Assembly: GCA_001770355.1 (NCBI GenBank)
Contig: MEQV01000279.1
Coordinates: 1 to 42,326, forward strand
Direction of reading: 5' to 3'
Length of the DNA stretch: 42,326 nt
DNA from: Betaproteobacteria bacterium RIFCSPLOWO2_02_FULL_62_17
Lineage (GTDB): Bacteria > Pseudomonadota > Gammaproteobacteria > Burkholderiales > SG8-39
The notes under the pieces are model-generated. The model made no database searches. It was not told where the DNA came from and worked only from the letters and a program-made list of their open reading frames with translations. A program made the position numbers and the translations under genes. Shown in pieces: positions 34,084 through 41,906 of the stretch (the first letter of the stretch is position 1; every line of letters begins with the position of its first letter).

Positions 34084-36141
34084 TCAGTAGGCGCCCCGCC
34101 TGTTTAGCACGACGTTGACTGTCTTGAATAGTATCGCGATGTCGTACCAGAGCGACCAATTCTGCACGTACCAGGCATCGAGGCTCACTCTTTCCGCATA
34201 GCTCGTGTCGTTGCGGCCGCTGATTTGCCACAGGCCGGTAATACCGGGCAACACCTGCAAATAAAGCATGGCGCATTCGCCATAGCGTTGCAGCTCCTCG
34301 CTGACAATCGGGCGCGGGCCTACGAGGCTCATCTCGCCCTTGATGACGTTGATGAGTTGCGGCAGCTCATCGAGACTCGTTTTCCGCAGAAAGCGACCCA
34401 AAGCGGTGACCCGCGGGTCGTTCTTCAGCTTGAGGTCTTTCTCCCATTCCGAGCGGGCTTGCGCGTCCTTGGCCAGCAGTTCCTCGAGGACGCGATCGGC
34501 ATCCGGCCGCATGGATCGGAACTTCAGGCATTGAAAGGGCCTGCCATCGCGTCCGATGCGGGTGTGACTATACAAGGCCGTGCCACCGGTCCGACGTATC
34601 AGGATCGCCAGCGCAAGCAGCACCGGGGAAAGCAACACGAGGAGCGCGCTTGCGGCAACGAGATCGAACAGCCGCTTGGTCCATCGGTAGCTGCGACGGG
34701 ACAGATTGTTGCGGATGGTCAGGAATAGCACCTGGTGACTGAAGAAGTGCGATAGCTGCGTGCCAAAAAGGGGCAGTCCGCGAATGGCAGGAATGACGTG
34801 GATGTTGTGCTCGGTCGCGGCGAGTTGCTGCACCAGCGTTTGCATCTTCGGCGTACTGAGGGTCTCCAGGGCAAGAATGAGCTGCGGCTTGCCCAATTCG
34901 GCGAGCAATGCTTCCAGGCCGTTTCTCGGCGCGAGAATCGGATAGGCTTCGCCTTCCATTTCGATCCTCTCGGAATTAGCGGCGTTATCGTTCTCGAGCT
35001 CGATGAATGCATCGATTCGGTAGCCCATGCCGTGCTCGCTCTTGAGCGCGAGACATGCGTCACGGGCGTTCTGTCCCGTACCGAGGATAACCGCCGGGCG
35101 CTGCCACAAATCGAGCGCCTCAAGGATGGCTTTCGCGACAGCACGCGCCAGGGGCAAAAGGACGAACGTGAACGCCCAGACCCACAGGTACGTGCCGCGT
35201 CCCGCATCCAGCCCGGCATAGAAGACGGTAGCGCCAGCCAGAAGGAACATGAAGCTCAGCGTCCTTAAGATATCCCTCAGTTCGTCCCAAAAGGGGCGGC
35301 GCCGAGCGTAGTGTTCCAAGCCCGTCCAGAACCAGCCTACCGTGATCGCGACAAGCGCGCAGTGCACCGCGAGAGTCTTGATGTCGTAGCGCACCCATGC
35401 CGGGACATCGTCGGCCAGCGGAAATCCCAGCAGGGCAAAGACACCGAGAAGAACGAGTGTGTCCGCCCCGGCCAGAGCAAGTTTCTGGATCCACCGAAAC
35501 TTTGCCCCGCCGGGCGCGCGGGCGGGCGACGGATCGGCGCTTTGCGGCGCGGCTGACCCATTGAGCGCCCTCCTCCGGAAGGAACCCAGCAGAAGCAGCG
35601 TGGCGAGCGCCACGGCGAACACCGAACCAGCTTCAAGAAAACCGACGTACGCCGATCGGTTCCTGGCCAGCCGGTCACGCTCTGCCGCGGGCAGCGGTCG
35701 TACCGTCCCGGCCGGATAGCAAGTCACCCTTGACGCGGCGGGGTTTGCGCGGCTTTGCCGTTCGCTCTCCTGGCAGGTCAGCAGCGCGAGCGACGGATTG
35801 ACTGATTCATAGGTGATAACTCCATTCGCCATTCGGACCGATGCAGTATCGAGATGTGACTCTCCGAGCCATTGCATTTGCGCATCGCCAAGGCCGCCAA
35901 GACAACTGCTCTCCACAATGCGGCATACCGCGCAACTGCCTTGAATGGCCGCGATCTGCGTCGCGATCGACTGAGAGCACCGGCTGCTACTCTGACCACG
36001 TTGCAGGATTTTTAACTGGATTCCTGCTGAAGCATCCACCACCACGTATGGATAGTAGAGCGTCGGGCCGAACGAGTCCTTGAGTCCCGTCGCAATGAGC
36101 AAGACAAGAGACAAGGCTATCGCCGGCAGGTGGGTTTTCAT
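34084..36141 (-). CDS. Polyprenyl-phosphate hexose-1-phosphate transferase (WbaP/bacterial sugar transferase family) with extra N-terminal domain
   Basis: The C-terminal 200 aa read KRLFDLVAASALLVLLSPVLLALAILIR...CLKFRSMRPDAD...DPRVTALGRFLRKTSLDELPQLINVIKGEMSLVGPRP, the canonical Bac_transf domain. It is preceded by a WbaP-like TM bundle and a Rossmann-like linker. At 685 aa it is about 200 aa longer than usual. Confidence 0.8.
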   Translation of the reverse strand: MKTHLPAIALSLVLLIATGLKDSFGPTLYYPYVVVDASAGIQLKILQRGQSSSRCSQSIATQIAAIQGSCAVCRIVESSCLGGLGDAQMQWLGESHLDTASVRMANGVITYESVNPSLALLTCQESERQSRANPAASRVTCYPAGTVRPLPAAERDRLARNRSAYVGFLEAGSVFAVALATLLLLGSFRRRALNGSAAPQSADPSPARAPGGAKFRWIQKLALAGADTLVLLGVFALLGFPLADDVPAWVRYDIKTLAVHCALVAITVGWFWTGLEHYARRRPFWDELRDILRTLSFMFLLAGATVFYAGLDAGRGTYLWVWAFTFVLLPLARAVAKAILEALDLWQRPAVILGTGQNARDACLALKSEHGMGYRIDAFIELENDNAANSERIEMEGEAYPILAPRNGLEALLAELGKPQLILALETLSTPKMQTLVQQLAATEHNIHVIPAIRGLPLFGTQLSHFFSHQVLFLTIRNNLSRRSYRWTKRLFDLVAASALLVLLSPVLLALAILIRRTGGTALYSHTRIGRDGRPFQCLKFRSMRPDADRVLEELLAKDAQARSEWEKDLKLKNDPRVTALGRFLRKTSLDELPQLINVIKGEMSLVGPRPIVSEELQRYGECAMLYLQVLPGITGLWQISGRNDTSYAERVSLDAWYVQNWSLWYDIAILFKTVNVVLNRRGAY

Positions 36142-36525
36142 CGAATCGAAAAGTGCGCTAATCGCGGCGACTTAGTGTAGGACTTTCTTGGAGTATGCCG
36201 AAGCGCAAGCCAGCGCGCACACGCCACCCCCCTTGCGGGCAGCTCGGCATCGCGTTGTCAGCGCTGAATGCGCCTGGCAGAGAGTTGCCGATACTTTTCG
36301 AAAGCGGGCGAGCGCTTCTTTCCGCGGGTTCAGCAGACGGCGATTCCGCCCAAATGGCGATCGCCCACCGGCAAATTTTCGCACAGGATTTGCGGCACCG
36401 CCAATCGAGCGCCGCTCGCCAGCACAAGAAGTTGGTCACAGACTTGGCCCCGGTGGTCCCGGAGGACAGCGTGTCTACGCAATCGCCGATATGCACGCTG
36501 TGCGTGCCTTACAATTCGACAGCAA

Positions 36526-36693
36526 ATGCTTCTCATCATTGACAGCGCGGACTTCATCGGCGCCAACTTTGTCCTGTCTACGATCGGTCTCACGGGCGAG
36601 CCGGCGGGCAATCTTGACAAACCCAGCTTTACGGGCAATCTGCGAGGCCACGAGGCGTTGCGCCGCGATGCGCGCCATGTGGACGCAGTATGA
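36526..36693 (+). pseudogene. Remnant of dTDP-glucose 4,6-dehydratase gene (rmlB N-terminal about 55 codons only)
   Basis: [55 protein letters not shown] aligns by eye with the RmlB N-terminus (MxILVTGGAGFIGxNFV...NxDKLTYAGNLxxLxxLxxDxRYxFV). The GGAG glycines are mutated to DSAD. The ORF stops at an ATGA overlap with rmlA. Confidence 0.6.
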
Positions 36694-37565
36694 AGGGCAT
36701 CATTCTCGCGGGTGGCTCGGGCACGCGCCTGTATCCGGTGACGCAGGTGGTGTCCAAGCAATTGCTGCCGGTCTACGACAAGCCTATGGTGTATTACCCA
36801 CTGACGACGCTGATGCTGGCTGGCATCCGCGACATCCTCGTCATTTCGACTCCGCAGGACACGCCGCGCTTTGCCGAGTTGCTCCGCGATGGGAGCCAGT
36901 GGGGATTGCGGCTGGCCTACGCCGTGCAGCCCTCGCCCGGGGGGCTGGCGCAGGCCTTGCTTATCGGGCGCGAGTTCGTCGGCCGCGACCCGGTGGCGCT
37001 GATCCTGGGCGACAACCTCTTCTACGGTCACGAGCTGACCGGCCTGCTCGAGCAGGCCGGGGGGTGCGCAAGAGGGGCCACCGTGTTTGCCTATCCGGTC
37101 ACCGACCCGCAACGCTACGGGGTGGTCGAGTTCGATGCGCGTGGGCGCGCCATGAGCCTGGAGGAGAAGCCACGCCAGCCGAAATCGCGCTACGCCGTGG
37201 TGGGCCTGTATTTCTACGACAACCGGGTGCTCGAAATCGCCGCGGGCCTCAAGCCCTCGGCGCGCGGCGAGCTCGAGATCACCGACGTCAATCGCCGCTA
37301 CCTCGAATGGGGCGAGCTGGAAGTGCGCACCATGGGCCGCGGCTTCGCTTGGCTAGACACCGGCACGCACGAGTCGCTGCTGGACGCTTCGCAGTTCATC
37401 GAGACGATCGAAAAGCGCCAGGGGCTGAAGATCGCCTGCCCGGAGGAAATCGCCTACCGCATGGGCTACATCGACGCCGCACGACTCGAAGCGCTGGCGC
37501 AGCCGCTAGCCAAGAGCGGCTACGGCGAGTACCTGCTGCGCGTACTGGCGGAAAAGGTGTACTGA
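36690..37565 (+). CDS. rmlA: Glucose-1-phosphate thymidylyltransferase
   Basis: [57 protein letters not shown]... is a textbook RmlA/RfbA sequence. 291 aa. Confidence 0.92.
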   Translation: MKGIILAGGSGTRLYPVTQVVSKQLLPVYDKPMVYYPLTTLMLAGIRDILVISTPQDTPRFAELLRDGSQWGLRLAYAVQPSPGGLAQALLIGREFVGRDPVALILGDNLFYGHELTGLLEQAGGCARGATVFAYPVTDPQRYGVVEFDARGRAMSLEEKPRQPKSRYAVVGLYFYDNRVLEIAAGLKPSARGELEITDVNRRYLEWGELEVRTMGRGFAWLDTGTHESLLDASQFIETIEKRQGLKIACPEEIAYRMGYIDAARLEALAQPLAKSGYGEYLLRVLAEKVY

Positions 37566-38110
37566 TGGTGGTGACGCGCACCGCGATCCCGGAGGTCCTG
37601 TTGCTGGAGCCGAAAGTGTTCGGCGACGCGCGCGGCTTTTTCTTCGAGTCCTTCAACCGGCGCACTTTCGCCCAGGCAACCGGCGTCAATGTCGAATTCG
37701 TGCAGGACAATCACTCGCGGTCGGTGAGAGGCGTCCTGCGCGGATTGCATTACCAGTTGCGCCAGCCGCAGGGCAAACTGGTGCGCGTAATTGCGGGTTC
37801 GGTGTTCGACGTGGCGGTGGATATCCGGCGGAGCTCACAAACCTTCGGCCGCACGGTCGCGTTCGAGCTTTCGGCGGCACGCAAGAGAATGGCGTGGATC
37901 CCGCCGGGGTTCGCACACGGCTTCTACGTCACCTCGGATTACGCCGAATTCCTGTACAAGACCACCGACTACTACGATCCGTCGTCGGAGCGCTCGATCC
38001 GGTGGAACGACCCTGCGCTCGCGATCGCTTGGCCCATCGAGGGAAGCGCGATCGTGGCCGAGAAGGATCGCAACGGCGTTTTACTGAAAGACGCGGAGAT
38101 GTTCTCCTAG
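37565..38110 (+). CDS. rmlC: dTDP-4-dehydrorhamnose 3,5-epimerase
   Basis: [31 protein letters not shown]...LRGLHYQ...GKLVRVIAGSVFDVAVDIR...PPGFAHGF are canonical RmlC motifs. ATGA overlap with rmlA. It is the in-frame C-terminal part of the artefactual 640-aa ORF 36188..38110. Confidence 0.9.
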   Translation: MVVTRTAIPEVLLLEPKVFGDARGFFFESFNRRTFAQATGVNVEFVQDNHSRSVRGVLRGLHYQLRQPQGKLVRVIAGSVFDVAVDIRRSSQTFGRTVAFELSAARKRMAWIPPGFAHGFYVTSDYAEFLYKTTDYYDPSSERSIRWNDPALAIAWPIEGSAIVAEKDRNGVLLKDAEMFS

Positions 38111-38159
38111 CAATCCTCTTCCGACCAGGCGCGCCCCGACATCGCCCACCGGGGCGAAG

Positions 38160-39380
38160 CTAAACGCGCCAACCTCTCCGGAGCCGCCGGAACCCAGCGG
38201 CCACCAGCCCGAGCTTTCGCGAGCTCTCGGGATCACTTTCGGCGTTGCGCAGCGATTGGCGCATGAAGACGTACAGCAGCAGGAGAAAGCCTGCGACCAA
38301 CGTCGCGAGCACGGCTACCAGCGCCCGCTTCGGCTTCGATTTCCTTTCCGGCACGACAGCCGGGTCAACGACCTGAATCACCGCCCCCTCACGCGCTTCG
38401 TCGAGCCGCGCCATCTCGTATTGCTTCGCCATCAGATCGAACAGCGTCTCCTGGTACTTGAAATCGCGGTAGCGGTTCAGGTATTCGGCGCCTGGTGCGT
38501 TCTTGCTCGGCTGATCGCGCTCGGCTAGCGAAAGCTGCGCGCGAAGCGAAGCCAGTTCCCGCTGCGCTAGTCGCAATTGGGGATTTTCCTCGGTGAGGGA
38601 TCCGCGCATGGTCGCAAGCCGAACTTCCTGCGCGGTGACCTGCGCCTTGAGGCGCGCGATGCCCTCGACCATCGCCTGCGGCGCTGAGCGGATCAGGCTC
38701 TCGCCGGCGCCCGTCTGGCCTAGGGCCAATTCCGCTCTTTTCAGGTTTTCTTGCGACTGCTGTAGCTGCTTCTCGAAGAACACGCGCCGCTGCTGTGCTT
38801 CGGTGATTGCCAGCGAGCCGGTGAGCTTGTGCAGCTCTTCCACATAGGCGTTGGCGATGTCCGCGGCGCGCTTGGGATCCTCGTCGTCCACTTCGATCGT
38901 GATCAGGCCGTCCTTGCCGGAGGACGCCTTGGTCGCACCCTCCAACGCCTTGCGGGCGTCCTGCCGGAGCTTCGCTTCATACACTTGCATCAGGTCGAAG
39001 CGTTCGATGAGGCGGTCGGCGACGGTGCGGCTCTTGATGAGGGCAATGTAAGTATCCGCCGGGTTCTTGATGTTGAGCCCGGCCGCACCGGCAAGGCCGC
39101 CCAACGCCCCAAGCTGCGAGGCGAGCATCGCGGCCGCGCCCTGTTGTTGTTGCGGGGGCAGGATGCGGGTGGTGGCGGTGAAGGTGGGCGGGATGATGAA
39201 CGCAATGCCGAGCGCCACAAGGCCCGCGAGGAGCGGCCCGAAAATCAGCAGCCGCGCGTTCTCGGCGACCACGAGCAGCAGGTCAAGGAGGCTGATCTCG
39301 TCTTCGCCACCCTCTGGCGCGAAGGCGCCCGGCTGGTCCTGCGAAGCAGTGGTGGCGGTCTGAGAGGGGATTTCGCTCAT
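38160..39380 (-). CDS. Polysaccharide co-polymerase / chain-length determinant (Wzz-like, no kinase domain)
   Basis: EISLLDLLLVVAENARLLIFGPLLAGLVALGIAFIIPPTFTATTRI is the Wzz N-terminal motif plus TM1. It is followed by a long coiled-coil periplasmic region, then ...KPKRALVAVLATLVAGFLLLLYVF (TM2). No Walker motifs. Confidence 0.75.
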   Translation of the reverse strand: MSEIPSQTATTASQDQPGAFAPEGGEDEISLLDLLLVVAENARLLIFGPLLAGLVALGIAFIIPPTFTATTRILPPQQQQGAAAMLASQLGALGGLAGAAGLNIKNPADTYIALIKSRTVADRLIERFDLMQVYEAKLRQDARKALEGATKASSGKDGLITIEVDDEDPKRAADIANAYVEELHKLTGSLAITEAQQRRVFFEKQLQQSQENLKRAELALGQTGAGESLIRSAPQAMVEGIARLKAQVTAQEVRLATMRGSLTEENPQLRLAQRELASLRAQLSLAERDQPSKNAPGAEYLNRYRDFKYQETLFDLMAKQYEMARLDEAREGAVIQVVDPAVVPERKSKPKRALVAVLATLVAGFLLLLYVFMRQSLRNAESDPESSRKLGLVAAGFRRLRRGWRV

Positions 39381-39624
39381 GGGTCGGATCGGTGCGGCGC
39401 CTTGCGTTCCGTATTCGCCAGGGAAGGTGCAATGATACCTTGGCTTGGCGGATCCCCGCCGCCAGGGGCAACGCGGGGCGCTGCAAAGGGTGGATACCGG
39501 CTTGACCTGGTAGAGGAGCTGGCTGCGCCGCCTGTCAGGCGCCGGAAGTGTGTTTCACGCGGCAGCGCTGGCCGGCGGGGAGCTGAGGGTATAGCACCGG
39601 GAAGGATGAAGCCAGTACGAGACT

Positions 39625-39897
39625 TCAGGTCCTGATGAGCCGAAGATCGGTCTCGAATTTGCGAGGTTTGCCGATCTCGATTCGACGGAACTCCGGATGC
39701 AGCGGATTGAGCAGGTAGTTGGTTTCGGCGGCGATCACGGCACTTGGCACCGCAAGAACCGCTGCACTTTGCTTTCTGACCCATTGCGTTCCAATGGCCT
39801 GCCGCTTTTCGCGGAGCGCGAGGTCCCGCCAGTCCGAGGGAAGATCCTCGACCCCGATGCGGTCTATCGTTACCGCCGCCGGAATGCGCGCCTCGAT
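39625..39897 (-). pseudogene. Duplicated 3' fragment of the RES toxin gene (codons about 64-154)
   Basis: DNA 39621-39897 matches 40917-41196 with four substitutions and one in-frame 3-nt indel, by my hand alignment. The fragment lacks the N-terminal part carrying the Arg (GGRWN) and Glu (LAMLEML) of the R-E-S triad. Confidence 0.75.
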
Positions 39898-40074
39898 TGA
39901 AGTACCGCGCCTGGGCGGTGCTCGTTGATTCGGGCGTCGTGATCGCGCCGACTTCGAAATCTACCGCACGAAGGCCGGCCGAGGGCTTGAAATTCTGCCT
40001 CAGGAAGACTGAGTAAGCGGGCGCGGCTGCGCGCCCCAGGGGCGTCTTGGCGGGATCGGGGTCAGAGCAAGTAA

Positions 40075-40099
40075 TCGCGGGTCAATTTACTCTGACCCC
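40075..40099. repeat. 25-nt direct repeat, copy 1 (tcgcgggtcaatttactctgacccc), part of a hairpin
   Basis: The identical 25-mer recurs at 40892-40916. Here it forms the 3' arm of an inverted repeat, ggggtcagag (40058-40067) / ctctgacccc (40090-40099). Confidence 0.85.
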
Positions 40100-40389
40100 A
40101 TTCCTACGGAACGTCGTGTCCTGCGTCGCGCCGCCGGAGCGGGCGTCGGCATTTCATCCTGCGGCAACGGCGGATTCCCGAGGCGCTGGATCTTTTGCAG
40201 CACGGCCCTCGCCCTGGCCATGTCGGCGCGTGCCGCCCTGCTCTTGAAATACTCTTCAGTCGCCACGGCGGAGGCCTTTTCGGCGATCGCCGAGAGCATG
40301 AACTGGTTCATGGACACGCGATCCTGCCTGGAGAGCTTCTTCACGTGCTCCATCAAGGAATTCGGAAGTCTCAGCGCATACTGGCTCAT
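40087..40389 (-). CDS. Ribbon-helix-helix (Arc/HicB-annotated type) antitoxin
   Basis: MSQYALRLPNSLMEHVKKLSRQDRVSMNQFMLSAIAEKASAVATEEYFKSRAARAD... is the xxFTLRLPxSLxxxxxxxAxxxxxSxNQFxxxAxAEK pattern of the small RHH antitoxins that pair with TIGR00305-type PIN toxins. It lies 13 nt downstream of the PIN gene. Confidence 0.7.
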   Translation of the reverse strand: MSQYALRLPNSLMEHVKKLSRQDRVSMNQFMLSAIAEKASAVATEEYFKSRAARADMARARAVLQKIQRLGNPPLPQDEMPTPAPAARRRTRRSVGMGSE

Positions 40390-40401
40390 CTCAGTGCTCC
40401 C

Positions 40402-40842
40402 TTACGCATCGAGGCGGACACGATGCCGCAACACGAACGCCCCCGGCGCGACCACCTCAACGCCGAACTTGCCGGCCGCGGGCATGAAATCCCTCTCGTT
40501 GAACGTCAACAGCGTCTTTGCCATGGCATTCACAGCCGTCTCCAGGACCATCTCGTCGCCGGGATCGCTCAACTGCGGCCTCCAGCGAAAGTGCAGTTTT
40601 ACGGCGTGCACCCGCAGCGCAATTGCGTCCAGCAGCGCGGTCACGTCGGCGCGGGACAGGCGATGCATCCGCCGCACCCTCGGATCGAGCAGTGTGCTCT
40701 CGTACTCGACGAACAACGGCACCGACACCGACGGCCGGATCCTGCCCTCAACGATGCCCCGCAGCACGATAAACGAAGCACCCCGCGCGCTGCAGACCGC
40801 TGCCACGAGAACGTTCGTGTCCACGACCAGCCGCTCAATCAT
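40402..40842 (-). CDS. PIN-domain toxin (TIGR00305-like)
   Basis: MIERLVVDTNVLVAAV...PLFVEYESTL...SDPGDEMVLETAVNA...LLTFNERDF. The PIN acidic residues are in the expected order. 146 aa. The toxin is upstream of the antitoxin, as is typical for this subfamily. Confidence 0.8.
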   Translation of the reverse strand: MIERLVVDTNVLVAAVCSARGASFIVLRGIVEGRIRPSVSVPLFVEYESTLLDPRVRRMHRLSRADVTALLDAIALRVHAVKLHFRWRPQLSDPGDEMVLETAVNAMAKTLLTFNERDFMPAAGKFGVEVVAPGAFVLRHRVRLDA

Positions 40843-40891
40843 ATCCCCAATGATATCACGTCAGAGTCCGCTTGACCCGATGCACTCCATG

Positions 40892-40916
40892 TCGCGGGTC
40901 AATTTACTCTGACCCC
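40892..40916. repeat. 25-nt direct repeat, copy 2
   Basis: Identical to 40075-40099. It lies 4 nt from the RES stop codon (40921-40923) and about 50 nt upstream of the PIN start. Confidence 0.85.
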
Positions 40917-40920
40917 GACT

Positions 40921-41385
40921 TCAGGCACTCCTGATGAGCCGAAGATCGGTCTCGAATTTGCGAGGTTTGCCGATCTCGATTCGACGGAACTCCGGATGCA
41001 GCGGATTGAGCAGGTAGTTGGTTTCGGCGGCGATCACGGCACTTGGCACCGCAAGAACCGCTGCACTTTGCTTTCTGACCCATTGCGTTCCAATGGCCTG
41101 CCGCTTTTCGCGGAGCGCAAGGTCCCGCCAGCCCGAGGGAAGATCCTCGACCCCGATGCGGTCTATCGTTACCGCGGCCGGAATGCGCGCCTCGATCATC
41201 ACGTAGCGCGCCCGCGGAGGTTCGTCCTGGAGCAGCATTTCGAGCATGGCGAGGGACTGGCTTGCCGCCGTGTATACGAGGCGGACGCCTTTCCGGTTCC
41301 ATCGTCCGCCGTAGAGTCGCGCACCCTCGCCGGAAAACGCGGATCTGGCGAACCGGGCGGTGGTCAGCCGCCAGACCGTCAGCAC
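40921..41385 (-). CDS. RES-domain toxin (NAD+-targeting, MbcT/ParT-like family)
   Basis: ...RLYGGRWNRKGVRLVYTAASQSLAMLEML...AVLAVPSAVIAAETNYLLNPLHP. The Arg, Glu and Ser signature positions are present. 154 aa. It lies 8 nt after the Xre-type antitoxin. Confidence 0.85.
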   Translation of the reverse strand: MLTVWRLTTARFARSAFSGEGARLYGGRWNRKGVRLVYTAASQSLAMLEMLLQDEPPRARYVMIEARIPAAVTIDRIGVEDLPSGWRDLALREKRQAIGTQWVRKQSAAVLAVPSAVIAAETNYLLNPLHPEFRRIEIGKPRKFETDLRLIRSA

Positions 41386-41393
41386 GGCGGCCG

Positions 41394-41852
41394 TTACGCG
41401 AACACGCCGTGTTCGATCCGGCCCAGCGTGTCGAGCACGCTTTCGGCGCCGATCTCGGTATCCAGCAGGCTGATGGGCATCTTTCCTGCGAGCGCCGAAT
41501 TGGGCGATTTAAGCCAGTCGAGAGCGGCTGCGGGAGCTTCGAACACCTCATTGGCGCGTCCGACCGCTCGAGCCAGGCGCAGGAGCTTGGCCGATTCCTC
41601 GCTGCTCAGCACGCCCTCGCGCTTCCTGCGGGCGAGCGTACGTTCCGGAATACCCAAGGCCCGGGCAATCTCGGGTTGCGACAGTTTGATCGCTTTGCGC
41701 AGGGATTCGACCGCGGCCGCAGGAATCCCCCTTCGGATCGTCTCGATCCAGTCGAACGTCGAATGCGCTCCGGCGCGCAGAACTTTCCGGCCGCCGAGCA
41801 GGTGCTCGACAGAGCGGAAGCTTTCGGGAGCGGGTGCCGCAAGACTCGCCAT
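41394..41852 (-). CDS. Xre-type antitoxin with DUF2384 toxin-binding domain (MbcA/ParS-like)
   Basis: ...VESLRKAIKLSQPEIARALGIPERTLARRKREGVLSSEESAKLLRLARAVGRANEVF...ALDWLKSPNSALAGKMPISLLDTEIGAESVLDTLGRIEHGVFA. This is an HTH plus the characteristic C-terminal domain. GGAGGG RBS upstream. Confidence 0.85.
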   Translation of the reverse strand: MASLAAPAPESFRSVEHLLGGRKVLRAGAHSTFDWIETIRRGIPAAAVESLRKAIKLSQPEIARALGIPERTLARRKREGVLSSEESAKLLRLARAVGRANEVFEAPAAALDWLKSPNSALAGKMPISLLDTEIGAESVLDTLGRIEHGVFA

Positions 41853-41876
41853 GACTGCCCTCCAAGGGTTGCCACT

Positions 41877-41906
41877 TGGCGGATAGTATAGTCAATTCTG
41901 GCGGAT
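41877..41906. promoter_or_regulatory. Candidate operator: two direct tggcggat 8-mers spaced 22 bp apart upstream of the Xre-RES operon
   Basis: tggcggat occurs at 41877-41884 and 41899-41906, which is 25-55 nt upstream of the antitoxin start (41852). TA antitoxins commonly autoregulate through such repeats. No experimental or comparative support. Confidence 0.25.

Noticed and set aside
7000-36200. Searched the glycan cluster translations for PEP mutase, PseH-type (GNAT or hexapeptide) acetyltransferase, a Wzx flippase, Wza-type OPX and a BY-kinase.
   Set aside because: I recognised none by eye. Absence is stated only for this window and needs HMM confirmation.
36188-38110. 640-aa ORF spanning the rml region.
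   Set aside because: Only its last 181 codons (from ATG 37565) are the real rmlC. The upstream 459 codons are an Arg/Ala/Pro-rich read-through that overlaps rmlA in another frame.
39898-40074. About 175 nt between the RES fragment and the first 25-mer, considered as a remnant of another gene (the minus strand reads ...FLRQNFKPSAGLRAVDFEVGAITTPE...).
   Set aside because: It is too short and I cannot assign it to any family. It is left as unassigned sequence within the TA-nest finding.
38829-41891. Long plus-strand ORFs antisense to wzz and to the TA genes (38829..39635, 40195..40875, 40220..40912, 40996..41886, 41262..41891), and minus-strand alternative-frame ORFs 39377..39784 and 40904..41551.
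   Set aside because: They show no recognisable domains and have a low-complexity, basic composition. The two minus-strand ORFs share a long identical stretch (MGQKAKCSGSCGAKCRDRRRNQL... through ...DRSSAHQ) only because both cross the duplicated RES segment in a wrong frame.
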